The notes under the pieces: model-generated | Told to the model about the DNA's origin: nothing | What the model saw: the letters and a program-made list of their open reading frames with translations, nothing else | The model's database searches: none | Shown: positions 49,452 through 63,500 of the stretch, piece by piece | Numbering within the stretch: position 1 is the stretch's first letter | How the letters are laid out: each line of letters begins with the position of its first letter | NCBI GenBank assembly: GCA_964016885.1 | Contig: OZ024746.1 | Span: 67,952,001-68,016,000, forward strand | Length of the DNA: 64,000 nt | Origin: Eledone cirrhosa | Lineage: Eukaryota | Direction of reading: 5' to 3' | Position numbers and translations under genes: made by a program

Positions 49452-52400
49452 TTAAGGTACTAACTCAGTCTATATTCAATAATATATTGTTTGGTGGATA
49501 TTGGAGATCTTTTGTATTTCAGAAAATCATTTTAATTTAGGAACTCTTGAATTGAAGAAAATTCTGAGTAGCTAATGTGGTGGACTTCTGAATTCAAAGT
49601 CTGCTATTAAAATTGCATTGAGAAGCGAGACAAAACACTACACTTGTCTCATTCAATCCAGTTCAAAATTAAATAGCACTTCTACTTCAGATTTAAGTGG
49701 TCAGTATTTGAAAAGATATTTGGAATTACTTCAGCAATTTAAGAAGTTCACAACAGAATTATCCAACAGATGCTAGCATATAATCATTTTTCTTTATCTT
49801 TGCTAAACTTAAAACATGAAAAACCTTTAAATATTTTAGCCAGTGCCAAGGAAAATTAAGATGCATAATATGTTTTGCTTTTAACCATGTATAGACACAT
49901 TATTGGAACAATAATTTACTTTGTCTGGAGTGACTGAGTTGAGTAGCATTATATTAAAAATGTAAATGACTGATTGAATAAAATCTTTAAAAGAATGCTA
50001 TATAGAAATAACCTTAAATTTTGAGCAATCACAAATTCTGTTAACCCTTTTGATACCAACCTTGCTCTAATTCTATGCGACAAAACTATGCATTTTAAAG
50101 GGTTCCTATATAAATTAAAATCTTCCAACATAATTTTATATAAGAACCATATGTAAAGTTACTATCTTAGTAATAAAATGATTAATAATATTAGTAAATC
50201 CCTTAAATGTATTTCATTAGAATTTTGGCAACATATTTTAGGGGAGGGTACAGTCAATGAAATTACCCTCAGTATTTGAAGGGTACATTTCTTTTTATTG
50301 ATCACAGAAGGATGGAAGACAAAGTTGAGCTTGGTGGGATTTAAATTTAGAAACCCCTTTAATACTACTACTGCTACAGATCTATAAAATTTATATTTGT
50401 GCTCTAAAAATATTCTACCTATACATTTTAAGTTAATTTAAAAACAGATTTTGAAAATTCATGTTGTTGTATTCAAAGTTCTCCAAGAATTTCAAACCTA
50501 TTCTTCTCATAGCAAGCCATGAAAACTTTATAATATTGTAGATGAATTCTTGAAATTCTGTCTACTAATGTACTCTTGATTGTTTTCCTCCTCTCTTCCT
50601 ATTTATTTCACAGTAAGAGATTAAGACATTAAAACATAATCTGTCAAAATACAACGTTACTTACATTTAGTATGTCTGAGTATGTTTATCTATAATATCA
50701 GGTGGCAGATATTGTAAATATAATACTATTAAGTCAGACACAATCTAAATATAGTTGAAAAATGACAGTAAGGTTTTCAAATGAGTAGTGTAAGAAATTT
50801 AAGAGTCTTCAGTAGAGATAAGTCTAGAAGCTATTGTTTGATTTGTAAATATTTGGATAATATATCTATTTTTTATACTAACACCTGAACAAGCAACATA
50901 AATCAATTTAGAATCCTGATATCTTTGATGGAAGAGCAAGTTAAATGCTAGATTTGTGGCCTCTAATAAAGAAATCACCCATATGCATGGCAATGTCTAT
51001 AAATTCTAGACTGGTTGCACAAGGTAAGTTAGAAAATTATTCAGATGTAATAATCCTGTATTAAGCATGTCATGAAAATCCAACAGTCAGTAACTGTCTT
51101 GAAGAAAGTATAATTCATATCTTATATTCGATTTTATTTCTATGTAATTTCTGTACAAGAATAAAAATATAATAATTGAAATTTTATGGTACTAAAGAGA
51201 TGTTACATAAATGTAAAGTTACATTGAAACCCTCTGAGTTAACAGAAGCATGAAGAATAAATATAAAATAGAAAACCTTCTTTTGATACTTTAAAAATAT
51301 GTTTGTGTAATTTACTCTATGAAAGTATGCAATAAAAACATAATAGATGAGTTTTCATAAATAATTTATCAAGAAATACTAATATTTTTTGATTTGCAAT
51401 CAATAATCATAGATTTCAACAAGCATCAAACAAAATCATTAAAACTACTGGAGAAGAAATATCTGTTATAAAAAAATATTTATAACGGTTGTGTCCATTG
51501 CCTTTAACCCATCTAAGCTTGATAAAATAGGTACCAGTTCAAGCTAGTAGAATCAAGTGTCCCATCTTCACCTTCTTAGATTTCTAGCGTTGTACCTAGT
51601 CTTATACTATATTGAATATTAGTATTATTAATTGTGTATAAACTAGAGTTAATTAAGTTGTTATATTTATTATGCTGAAAAATTTACAGTCATGCCTCAC
51701 ATTTTGTTCTTTCTACTTATTCAATCCATTTATTTCCAACTCAGTAAAATTGCTAAATTCTACTAAATGTTTAATGTTTGCATTTTCCATAAAGATTTTC
51801 TCTCATGAGAAAGATTCTCAGCTTTCCAACTAATTTCATCCTAAACATTGTTGGAGGAAATTGCCACCCTTAGTGAAATAATTCTCAAATTTTAGCCTAA
51901 TGTCTTAACCACCAACAACTAGTTTTTTAACTTAGCCTGTCCATAAAGAATGTGTTTTATACACCATTTTATATAATAAATAATAAACAGCAGGTTGTTT
52001 GTTTATTTGTCTTTAACCAGAATGATATTGAGGGCAGTGGATTGGCAAAATATGTTGTGGTAGATATTTAGTTTTTTTTTTTTTTTAAATTTAAATTCTA
52101 CTGAGGTCAATTTGTCTTTTCTGATTGTACAAAAATGATGTCATTTATATATGAAGATAAGTGCCTATTTTTCAGTTTAGAAAACAATAAAATGGGCTTT
52201 AATTAGTGAAACAATTAAATGACTGAAGCAATGTTTGAACTCATAATGATATGTAAGTTATAGAAAATAATGTCTCAGTGGACATAAAAATATTCAAAGC
52301 AACAAAAAAAAACAAAAAAAAAACACATTACTTGGGACAACCACTGAGTTTAAACTTATTATCATGAGTTTAAAATGACTTGACAGGGATATTGGTGAAT

Positions 52401-53514
52401 ATAATTTATGTTCAGTTCATTCACATAAAATTTTCTTCACAAACAATATTTAATGCTTATAATATATTGCTGCAAATATATCTCATTTGACCCATTCAAT
52501 ATGACTTACAGATGTAAGCTATCCCATACCTTTCCAGCTTTTCTAAATATTTTAACACTAAATATCCTTCTTTTGCTACTCACATAATATTACAAATTAC
52601 ACTCAACATAATAGTTTGCTTCTCTTTGTGAAAAATAGAAAATTCCTAAATTGATTTTGTTTGTTATAAACCATAACCATATTCCATTACTGCCATAACA
52701 GTCAGCATTTATAAGACTAGATTATAGATCTATCTCATACTTAGAAACTTCTAGTACTAACCTTCAATTTTAAGTACATTATCTGATTTTCTGATTATTG
52801 TGGAAGGCATTAGGAAGGACAAAGAATTGTGACAACTTTGCGTAACATAATGCAGAATAAGAGAATTTTCAAAACCGTAGCTAGATTTAGGAGAGTAGGT
52901 AGATTTAAATGTAATTTAAAATTGAGTTCAACGACATTTCTATTCCTCTGCTAGTTTTAGTGTTTACTTTTGACTAGTGAAAGACTCCATTAAATTCCCT
53001 GGGAGGGAAATGGTAAAGCTATCAAAAGTACAGCATACTGGAAGACTGTAATAGTAATGTAGCGTTATAAACCCCCAGGAAACTGCCAAACAAGATTTTA
53101 AATGTTTTGAAAATGTTTAAATTTAAAATAGATTTTTGAAGATGTTTTCCTAGAAATTTTAAAATCAATTCAATGTAACATATTTAAAATATATTGGGAA
53201 AATGTCAAAATTATTTTATCCATGATTTTTATAAAAATATTCTATAATGACATAATGCTGATAAACCTTTTAAGTTGTTCACATTAATTCAGCATTTCTT
53301 GCTAAATGATCACGTTAGCTAATATACTTTAAGTGAACCCAATTATAATATTTAGCACTTTAAGTACATTTCTATGTTCAGATGATCCAAAATTCATGAA
53401 ACGTGCTTTTCCATAAAAAAATATAATCGTTCTCTGTTTTGTACATAACAGCAATACACTTTGTTTTTGTATTTATTTTACAAGATTCTTGATGTAAAAT
53501 TGTGCATTCAAACA

Positions 53515-53920
53515 GATATTGTTATACTTTGAGAGGATCATACTGCCAATAAAAACACATGCACCAGTTTATTTTCATTTCAGTTTATTATTAGTTGAAT
53601 AACTAATTCATTCATGCTAATTTCCAAAGCTATTTCATCACATACCCTGTGGCCTCCCCAATGACTATTCTTCTTACTTTATGTTTCTGAAGTAATATAT
53701 TACAAAGATGCGACACAGAGTAACAATAATTCTCATTGAGGAGGTCACAAGATGTTTGATGAAAGAGTTTTGACAATTAACATGACACTTAACAATTAAA
53801 CAACCATCCCATAACTAAAGTATCTAGTGAATAGATAAGCTACTCAACTAATAAACTAAAGTGAAACTCAATTGGTGTATGTGTTTTTATTGGGAAGATT
53901 ACACTCACAAAGTATAATAA
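53515..53920. mobile_element. Diverged fold-back element of the same family as 6987-7361
   Basis: Termini ttgttatactttgagagga...gcaccagt and ttggtgtatgtgtttttattggg...caaagtataa. Decayed core ttgaggaggtcaca...gatgaaagag near 53736-53770. Confidence 0.65.
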
Positions 53921-54904
53921 CTATAGAAATATTGTATTCTTTTTGTAAAAAATATGGCAATAACATTTCCACATATTATACCAAGGATTCACAACCTGGG
54001 GTATATTTAACTAATATAGTTTGTTTTTCATAAGAATATGCCAATAATCATCTTTCATAGGGAGATAGATTGGCACTTTTCAATAGGTATATAGCGATTT
54101 ATGAGTTTTGCCATGGTGCACACACCTGCACAATATAACAATCACATTACAAAGCAGCAAAATCTCTTCCTTCTTTCTTTGATGTTACAAAGTCTTAATA
54201 GTCACAATAGTTGGCTGAAGATCTCCTAACTTTGATATATTCTACCATTGAATTAGTGTGTTGCATGAAGAGGAATAATCACTTACAATTGTAATATATG
54301 AAAGCTAGGCATATATTCAAATTGTAAGCACCAATAATAGTCTCAAACCCAAACATGATACACTCTTATAATGACTGCACAGAAGAATTCTATTTTACTG
54401 AATCAGAAAAAAATAATACCTATGATATTAATGTATATAAAGATGAACAAAAAAAATGTGTACAAATAAATAGTCATATTAATTGGTTACCAAACTTAAT
54501 ACATCAAAAACATCTGTTCTGCTATGTAATGATCTATATACTGATATTTTATGATAGCGGTGATGATATTAATGGTGAGGGGTATCATATGTGATTAGAT
54601 AAGTTAAATTTCAAGTCTACTCCTATTTGAATGAAAAGCCTGTAGTTTTTTAAAGCCTTATTGTTTTTAAATAAGGGTTTCAGCTTCATTTAAGTATATG
54701 CCTGTTTCAAAAGCCAATTGCTTTTCAATATACAAACTCTTTTTTCTATGGTAGGTGATATCATGACATATTTTAAGCAAAAAGTTTATACTTGGTAACA
54801 TATAATTGGGTTACACATATATATTATTATTAGTTGAAATTGGTAGAAGAAAACTTAATCTAAACAGGCATAACATTTTAAAACAATAATAAACAGAGAT
54901 AACA

Positions 54905-55300
54905 CATCATCATTATCATCATCATTCTATGTCTGTTTTTCGATGATTGCATGGGTTGAATGGGTCCTCTCTGGCACACCATGCTTCCACTCATTGAGTT
55001 TCTTTGATGCTATCTGTGGGGTTCATAGATTTGGCATCACCTCAGCTCAGATTTCCCCTCATCTTTTCTACTGCACGTTCCTTCCAATTGCACTTTTTCA
55101 CCCAGAAATCAATTCATATGCATCACAGGTCCTTAATAGTGCAGTCTTCTCTCTTCTTTTTTTCACACTACTTATTCTTCATAACCAGTTTTTATCTCAC
55201 TTCATCTACACTGTCATTCCTGTACACTAACATTACATATCCAACAGAACATGCTTGCTTCATTTCTTTCCATATTTCTTCTGCATTTGCCACCCACAAG
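54905..55300 (-). mobile_element. Old RTE subfamily C-like 3' fragment
   Basis: (CAT)n tail and decayed similarity to 18503-18910 (cattacatatccaacagaacatgcttgcttcatt). Confidence 0.6.
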
Positions 55301-56161
55301 TTTTGGGAGCATAAAGACTATGCCAATGAGAGCAGATCGTTTTTAAATTCATTTGGTGGTAGCAACAGATATGTTTCCATCTTACTGAACTTCCTCAGAG
55401 AAGTATAATCTACTTAGTTGGCAAGACTAACATTGATCAATATATATAGAAATAGAGAAAATGCAATGGTGGTGATTATAGTAACTTGTTTTCACCAATG
55501 ACATCCCCTCCCAGGAAATGATCTAAAATGATAAAAAAATTTAATGTTTGAATTCAAAATTGATTTAAAGATGTTTTCAAAACTAAAAAAATTAAATCAA
55601 TACCAAAATATATTGGGAAAATGTCAAAATTATTTTATCTATTATTTTTTTAAAACATTATATAATGACCTACTACTGACAATCTTTTTAAGTTATTCAT
55701 ATTAAAATCAACCTTCCTTGTTAAATTATCATGTTAACTTTATCTTATTCAGTGAAACTAATTATATTTAATACTTTAACTATATTTCTACGTTTAGATG
55801 TTTCAAAGTTTGCAAAATATACTTTTGCATCAAAAGTACTACTACTGTTGCTACTACCATCATCACCACCACATTTCTCTGTTTTGTATATAATAATGGT
55901 ATAGTTTTCTTCATAGAAATATAACAATATCCTTTCCACAGACTATACCAAAGATTTCTAGCCTGAGTTGCATGTAATACAATGGTATATTTGAATTTTT
56001 CAAATGGTGCATAGGGATCTGAGAGTATAAGCATGGTATATACAGCTCTATAGTGTAGCAATATCATTACAAAACAATTGATCAATACAGCCAATTCGTC
56101 CTGGCCTTCTTTCTTTCATGTTACAATGTTGCATATTAATGTTATTGAGCATGGCCACCAT

Positions 56162-56193
<32 letters not shown>

Positions 56194-58414
56194 TCATCAC
56201 TGTTTGATATCTATTTTCCATACTTGTATGGGTTAAACGAATTGTCATGTACTGAGGCTAGACAGGGCAGGGGACTATAACTGGACAATCCTTCTAATGT
56301 TAACCCTTTTACAGTGTGTACTGGGGGCATTTTAATGTGACTCCAACAATACCAACTTACACAGTGGATTGGGTGCTTTTTGTCATTTTGGCATATTTCA
56401 GCATAAATTAATAGTTGTATAACATGGCTAGACAATAAGAAAAGAAAAAAGCATAGCATATGATTGTGTATAACTAGTATGTAACCATCAGTGAAACTGG
56501 TGGCAAACTGACAATGCAGAGAACAAACTGCTTTACAATATTTGTTCTGCCTTTTGAGTTCAAATCCTGCTGTGGCCACACCATTAGTGGTAGACTTAAT
56601 CTGTACCTTTAGAAAAGTCCATTGTTGCAAGAATTCAGACCAAGTCACTGGTTTGAGGACACCTTCCTCCCTCTTAATAGTCACAGGCTCCCTAAAAGGG
56701 TCGTGAACAATCCTTGTGGACAACTGAGTACCTGGAATTTTATTTTTTAATGCAACTTTTGCTATCACAAGCGATCACAAAACAAACTCAACAAATACTA
56801 CCAACACACAGTCCTCATCCTCATCATCATCATCTTCATTTAATATCTCAGCTAGCAAAGGTTTGAAGAGTTTTCACAGACTGAGCCAGTACTCACGTGG
56901 ACCTACTAACTTCTCAGATTGTCCATTGTTTACATATGTTCCTGGACTCTACCAAGTGAAGTTTATGGCTCTAGCACTAGAATGGCTGCCATGTATTTGA
57001 CACAGATGATGATTCTTCCTGACCCTTTTTTGGCAGGTTTTCTTTGGCTGGCTACCCCTCCTGTCACCAAACACCTTACAAAATATACTGGGTACATTTA
57101 TCAATTAGATCCTCAAATGCAGGGAGGTTAGCATGTGTTAGACATATATTGTGATTAAATACAATACTAGTGAGCCAAGATGTTACATTATTTTCAGATC
57201 TTCAATTACATAGACCCATGTATGTACAATAATTCTTTTGACTAGATTTTAATATTTGAAACCAATCATCATCATCATTGTTTTTATGTCTGCTTGTTTA
57301 TGCTGACATATGTTGGATGGGATATTTAAGGCAATTTTTTATGAACAGATGCCTCCTTTTTTAATGCCAACTCATTTTGTCAGCTCCTAAAGCTCATGGA
57401 ATGAGCTCTTTTTAGTGGGTCCTCGAAATTGATCACTAATCTCCATCAGGGAAACAAAAACAACCTGATACACACACAAAAAAAGAAAAGAAAATGGAAA
57501 TAAAATCTACCTATTAAAAAAATCAGTATCCACATAGATAACAAGTATTATAAAATTGCAGGTGGATCAGAATCACATTATATTATTGATATATAACTTG
57601 ATGCAGAAAAATTATGGTAAATAAAATACAGAAAATGGTAATCGCAATACTAAATACTTAGAGCATGTACTGAGTATACACTACAGGTATTAATGCACAT
57701 CTTAATTAATATCCTTATTGAAATCCTGTTACCAAATAACGATACAGGTTTTTATTTCCAATATGCCTAAGGGATGAAAACTTTGTTGATAATCTTAATA
57801 TAAAGTTTAATATATTTTGAGCTTAAAATGTTTATAATCTAATTTAAACAGGTTTCTTGTCAGAATCTCATTCAAGAGTATGCACTAGATTTATTTCCAA
57901 TGATTTATGGCAAAATATGTCTCGATTTAAACTAATATTGCTGATATTGACTAAACATGATCCACTTCTGCCTTGTGTATTCTAAGAATTACTGGCTTAT
58001 GTGTTTCATTAATCTATACATGAGAATTCTAGAAGTAGAATCAATTAATATTTTTTATAATTTTGAAGACAATTTCTATACATAACTATTTCACAGCTTA
58101 CTCCCTGAAGCCTTAATGTCAAAACCAAGTAAAAAAAAACTTTGAGAGAAGCAAAGAATTTGGCTCCCATTGAACAAGTACAAAACGTGTAGAGATGAAA
58201 AATATTTATTAAATATCTTAAATAGAAAATGTTGTATAAGAGGGAAAGCAACATTCTGATAATTTCTTAACATTTGACTGACATGATTAAACAGAATTCG
58301 ATGTATGTAATTTTGTTTAAGACTGAAAATTACTTATTGGTTTATATATATATATAACATATTATAAAGTAAGAAGAAATAGTAGACCCAGATATATACC
58401 TATTTTTTCTTCAA

Positions 58415-58510
58415 TGTCCTGACTGTACAGTTTCGCTGGTCAGTATGCAAAAATCCTACATCATAGAGATGCAACATTGTTGTGAGGTAAGCCAGCTTAT
58501 CAAGGGAACA
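58415..58510 (-). ncRNA. Type-I hammerhead, U3-A8 variant (left arm)
   Basis: Minus strand reads tgttccc TTGATAA GCTGG...CCAGC GAAAC TGTACA GTC aggaca. One stem-I mismatch. Confidence 0.65.
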
Positions 58511-58708
58511 CCTCAGCGAAAGAGCGCTTCTAGACATGTCCGTAACATGTGAGAAAATCTCAAAAAGGCGGAGGGAGATACTATCACGTGATACACTGGT
58601 CAAGAAAGGGGACTAAATCCCTTGTAGCAGTGAAAAATATCTGAGAAGGCGTTTTTTGAGATTTTCTTGCATGCTACGGACGTGTCTAGAAGCGCTCTTT
58701 CCCTTAGG

Positions 58709-58803
58709 TGTTCCCTTGATAAGCTGGGTTACCTCACATGAGGTTGCATCTCTATGATGTAGGATTTTTGCATACTGACCAGCGAAACTGTACAGTCGGG
58801 ACA
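58709..58803 (+). ncRNA. Type-I hammerhead, U3-A8 variant (right arm)
   Basis: tgtTCCC TTGATAA GCTGG [51 nt] CCAGC GAAAC TGTACA GTC GGGAca. Stem III is the palindrome ACTGTACAGT and GUC is at 58795-58797. Confidence 0.75.
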
Positions 58804-59639
58804 TAGAAGAAAAAATAGGTATATATCTGTGTCTACTATTATATCTGTTTCTTCTTACTTTATAATATGTTACATAGCTCTGATATCGAGTCAATTTAAT
58901 TATTTTGATTATCTTGTCCCTCGAAATCATAGAGCAACACTGGTTAAGGTCGACAACACACAATTTCACATACTTATGAAAAAATATATGTGTATATATA
59001 CATGTGTATGTATGTATGCACATATATGTGTGTACTCTCATTATATATATATATATATATATAAATAAATCCCCAAACAAAACAAAATTCTGGGAAGTCA
59101 AAAGGTAGAATATTGACCTCTAGTGGGTGTAGGGGAAATGTGTTTGTGAGTGTGTGCGTGCTTGTGTTTATGTAGAATGGGTGGAAGAGAAAGTGAGAAG
59201 GGGAAAGATGGAGAGAAAGAAAGTGAAAAAAAGAGAGAGGAGAATAAAAAAAGACATAAAAAGGAATGGAAGAGAAAGTAGAAAGAAACAGAAATAAAGA
59301 AAGTAAAAGAATAAGAACAAGGTAAAAAGTGCATAAGAGAGGGGGGGGGGCTAATTAGAGAATAAGAGAGAGTAAAAAAAGTGAAATAATGGTACAAGTA
59401 AGAGAGAGACATTGAGTGACACAGAAATAGAGAGGGAGTAAGTGAAGGAAAGATAGCTGAGTCTAAAGAATGAAGCTAAGCTGTTTTGGAAAATGGTGCA
59501 AAAAAAAAAATAATGAAAATCTGTTGCATGGTATAGAATGTCATTCATAGAATGTCCAGTAATTTACATTCTTTTTCAATCCACACCAAATAAGATGTTA
59601 AAAGTGTTATGACACACCATCAGGTTTTTAAATGTTTGT

Positions 59640-60180
59640 AGTGCATTGGGCAACATGCTTTATGGTATATAATTATAGCCTTCTACATTCTGGGTTCAAA
59701 TCCTGCTGAAGTTAGCTTTAAAATTAAAGAACCAGTAATGCACTGGGGGTGGATTTAATCGACTTTACCCTTCCCTTCAAATTGCTGGCCTTGTGCCAAA
59801 AGTAGAAACAATTATGTAAACTAAAAAAAAAACATGATATACTGGTTGAAAATGTTTGCTCTGGTATATTAACTACTGAATTGGAACAGTATTCTTATAA
59901 AATTTTATCAATCCATATTGCACAAGACAACCTCCAGATTCGCTGAACAATAAATAATTTTTCTTACAATAATTATTTCTAATACAGGCACAATGCCAGT
60001 GATTTTAGGGGAGGGAAAGTTGATTAAACTGACCCCAATATTTTTCTGGTACTTTTCTTTACCAATCCCGTAAGGATGAAAGACAAATTTAACCTCAATG
60101 GGATTTGAACTCAAAATGTAAAGGGCCATGAAAGATGCTTCGAAGCATTTTGTCTGACACATTAACAATTTCAGCAATCC
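59640..60180. mobile_element. Two SINE family 1 copies in convergent orientation (59640-59815 +, 59975-60180 -)
   Basis: gggttcaaatcctgc...gtagaaacaatt, and reverse-complement ggatgaaagacaaa...ggatttgaactc. Confidence 0.75.
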
Positions 60181-61239
60181 ATCACTCTTCCTTTTTCAAT
60201 AATAAAAAAGAATCTATAACAATATTCTGTAAAAGCCCCAGAAAACTACAGCTGTTACTTGCAAACAAGTACAATTTAGTAGTATGTACCATTCTTTTGC
60301 TAAGTGTTTTAAGTGCCCATGCAGTTGTTTTTCTTTTTTATGATTAACAAGATCTCAGGTCTATTTGCTTATCGAGTGAGGTGGAACTCATTACATCAGA
60401 GCAAGGAAACAATGTTGATCTTGGCAGGATTTGAACTCAGAGTACAGAGAGTCGAAACAAACATCGAACAATACTGCTAAATCTATAAGAATTATGGTAA
60501 ATATAAAAATGAAACATTAGAATCCAAAGAAACTACTGGTGGTCTTCATTAGCAAAGAGTAAGTACTCTTGCTTTCTTCACACTCCCTCTCATTATTTCT
60601 AATGTACTTATTAAGCATTATCAATATTTATTTCATTTTTTCTCCTGTCTGAAACACATAACTTCTCTTCTTCATGGTTGAATAATTTATTTCATTTTTT
60701 ATAATAAATATAGCTAGTAATACAAGCCAAAGAAAACTCTAAATGGTCACCCAGGCAGAGAAAATGGCAGACCAATCTTCTCCAAATCAAACCCTGCCAT
60801 CTTAAAGCAGAGACAAATTAAAAATCTAGGTCTCTTCGTGAAGAAGATAATAACAGGATCCTAACAGTTGGATGCCTTTGATCAAAGGTTTGTTCATTCA
60901 GAATAGCCTGAGGCATAGCAACATGATATAATAATGCATGCAGTAGTGTTTATATATATATACATGTGTGTGTGTGTGCGTGTGTCTGTGTGTGCATCAG
61001 AGTCAGGCAGGAGGGGAGAGAGATGGAAGTACTAAACGATTTATAGATTTGAAGTTAACAAATCTCATTCTGTTGTCTAACCTACAGATAGATTTTAAGT
61101 TCAAACAGCAACAAAGTAATTATTCCTGCTTATTTTAAGGTGCAGACATTCATAAACAGCTGCTTAAGCAGACCCCTTCACATTCTATTGCCAGACAAGA
61201 TCAGCAATATGGATTTCTAGCTATGGACTTGTCAAATAT

Positions 61240-61490
61240 CTGCTGAACAAGAAATAAAGAAACAGAGGTAGAGATGCACAAACCAGTAATGAGTGTTAGG
61301 AGAATTGTCTTTACATGGAATCCTAAAGGAAAACACAGATGTCAGCCAAGGATTATTTGTCGTAGGGTTCTAGTGGGATGATAAGTAGGTAGAGAACATT
61401 TCAGAGAGCTAGAGAGAATAGTTCAGGGCAGGGAAAGGAGGAGAATTTTCTTAGATGTATCATACTTCTTAATTAAGATGGAGGTACCAT
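61240..61490 (+). mobile_element. Old RTE-like 3' fragment
   Basis: Pieces QEIKKQR and RRIVFTWNPKGKHR...PRII. Confidence 0.45.
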
Positions 61491-62184
61491 ATGTGTCATT
61501 GCCTCGAGGAGTTGAGAACCTTTGCTATATAACTACTCCTAACTATTCAGCCATAAAGTATGCATAGAACCTATTGCCAGCCTGTTAAACTGAATCATAT
61601 CGAGTTATCATGTAGCTTGTCAATGAACAAAACACAATGGATGTTGGAGTAAAGTTTGACCTTAAGAACACTTGATCAATAGTACAGGCATTAATTAAAC
61701 TTACAGCAATCATATTCTAGTAATGAGTTAGCTATGTAATCAGAATTGAAAAGATCATGCTTAGATGAGTTATAAAAGGTCACTTGGAAGGAATTGTATC
61801 AATGAATTGTATAATGAAAACCTGATAATAATTTCATTAATCATAAAGTCACCATATTGAAAGGTTAATAACACATCATATGAAATGTTTAATACTAACA
61901 CTTAGGTCAAATTATAGAGAATATAAGATTATAGAAGAGAGAAAAAGGGCTGAATCAGTAGATCACTGGATAAAATATCCACTTTTCCATGTTGGCATGA
62001 GTTGGAGAAGCATTTATGAGGCAGTATTCTAGGGTCAGATACTCATCCTGGCATCAACATTTTAAGTTCAAACTTTTAGTCCACTGATTTTCACTCATTA
62101 AACAGCTGAACTGTAGAATATAAATAACCATTACTACCAACACAGATGGTGCCAGCTATGAAGAGACAAACACCCACACACATA

Positions 62185-62372
62185 TGAGGATCAGCTGAAA
62201 TGTTTATAGGCTGACTATAAAGAAGTGATGGTGTGAAATCTCGCATGCATTAATTTCAACTCTATTAACAACTGCATTGTTTCTTTCCAGGGACTATGTT
62301 GAAAAATAAACCTCATTTGGTCATTCCATGAGAGTATCTTGGTCAGCCTAAAAGTTTTTCAGCCGAGCCTCA
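62185..62372 (+). mobile_element. Mariner-derived MITE
   Basis: TA|TGAGGATCAGCTGAAATGTTTATAGGCTGAC...GTCAGCCTAAAAGTTTTTCAGCCGAGCCTCA|TA, with ~30-bp TIRs. Retains the mariner C-terminal GDYVEK* (gggactatgttgaaaaataa). Confidence 0.8.
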
Positions 62373-62386
62373 TAAATACATGTGTG

Positions 62387-62433
<47 letters not shown>

Positions 62434-62803
62434 TGTGATGATGATGACATACAATGGGCTTCTATACGATTTCTGGCTTCCAAATTTACTCACACATCAT
62501 TAAGTAGACTTAATGTTATAGTAGAAGACACTTGCCCAATGTGACACACAAGTGGGATAGAACTATATGCTCATGCGGAAAACTTCTTAACCACACACTC
62601 CTACATGTGCCTACAGCTATGCCAGGTATTTTGTTTCTTCCATTTATGTCCTAAATTTGAATCGTAACTAGGTCAAATTTACCTTTCCTCGTCCCAAAAT
62701 TGATAAAATAATTATGACGAATTACAGAGGTCGATACAATTGAGTAAAACATTTGAAGTGCACCAGCATAGCCACAGCCAGGTGAATGAAATCATAAAAA
62801 AAA

Positions 62804-63122
62804 ATGACGAGTTGAGAAAGAAACTGGGTATAAGTGGGATAAGTTGTGGTGTGCAGGAGAGAAGGCTGAGGTGGTATGGACATGTGATGCGCATCGAGGA
62901 TGACCACTGGGTAAAGAAGTGCCAAGAAATCTCAGTAGAAGGAAGACGCAGTAGAGGTAGATCACGTAAAACACGGGTGGAGGTGGTGAGAGCAGACCTC
63001 AGATCGCTGAAACTCACCGAGGAGATGACGAAGGACCGTGACAAGTGGAGAGATGCTGTGCTGAATAGGACCCGTTCAACCCTTGCAAGCGGGGAAAAGC
63101 GGGCGTAAAATGATGATGATGA
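62804..63122 (+). mobile_element. RTE subfamily C 3' fragment
   Basis: DELRKKLGISGISCGVQERRLRWYGHVMR...LNRTRSTLASGEKRA* followed directly by (GAT)n. Confidence 0.9.
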
Positions 63123-63299
63123 ATGGTAACACATTGCTCCAGCAAACCAAAGGTGTGGGTTCATGTCCCATGTACGTCAATACTCATCCTTTTTTCCATT
63201 CAGAGGGTTTTTTAAAATCTCAACTAACAGACTAATTCTATTTAGTCAAATACAGCGTAATCACATGTTACTATCTAATTTTCAGCTTTAGATATATTT

Positions 63300-63500
63300 G
63301 TGAAGGTGTGTGTCTTGGTGGTTAGAGAATTGGTTTCACAATTGCAAGTTTGATTTCTGGGCCAAGCAATGTTATGTCCTTGAGCAAGACACTTTATTTC
63401 ATGTTACTCTTTCTGCTAGGAGTTGTAACTGGTAGATAGTATCAGCAATAGAAAGACCAATGAAAACATTGTTTCCTTGATCCAATTTGACAACTTGGTT
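63300..63500 (+). mobile_element. SINE family 2 copy (diverged)
   Basis: gtgaaggtgtgtg...gttatgtccttgagcaagacactttatttcatgtt. Confidence 0.75.

Larger units (their letters stand above)
58355..58872. mobile_element. Fold-back element, ~215-bp arms with ~80-bp spacer, one U3-A8 hammerhead in each arm
   Basis: Arms at about 58355-58570 and 58649-58872 are reverse complements. See the hammerheads at 58415-58510 (-) and 58709-58803 (+). Confidence 0.8.

Noticed and set aside
56211-56768. 185-aa minus-strand ORF as the missing upstream PDZ exon
   Set aside because: It has no GFGFVAGS-like motif, and the ORF runs through SINE/RTE-UTR remnants.
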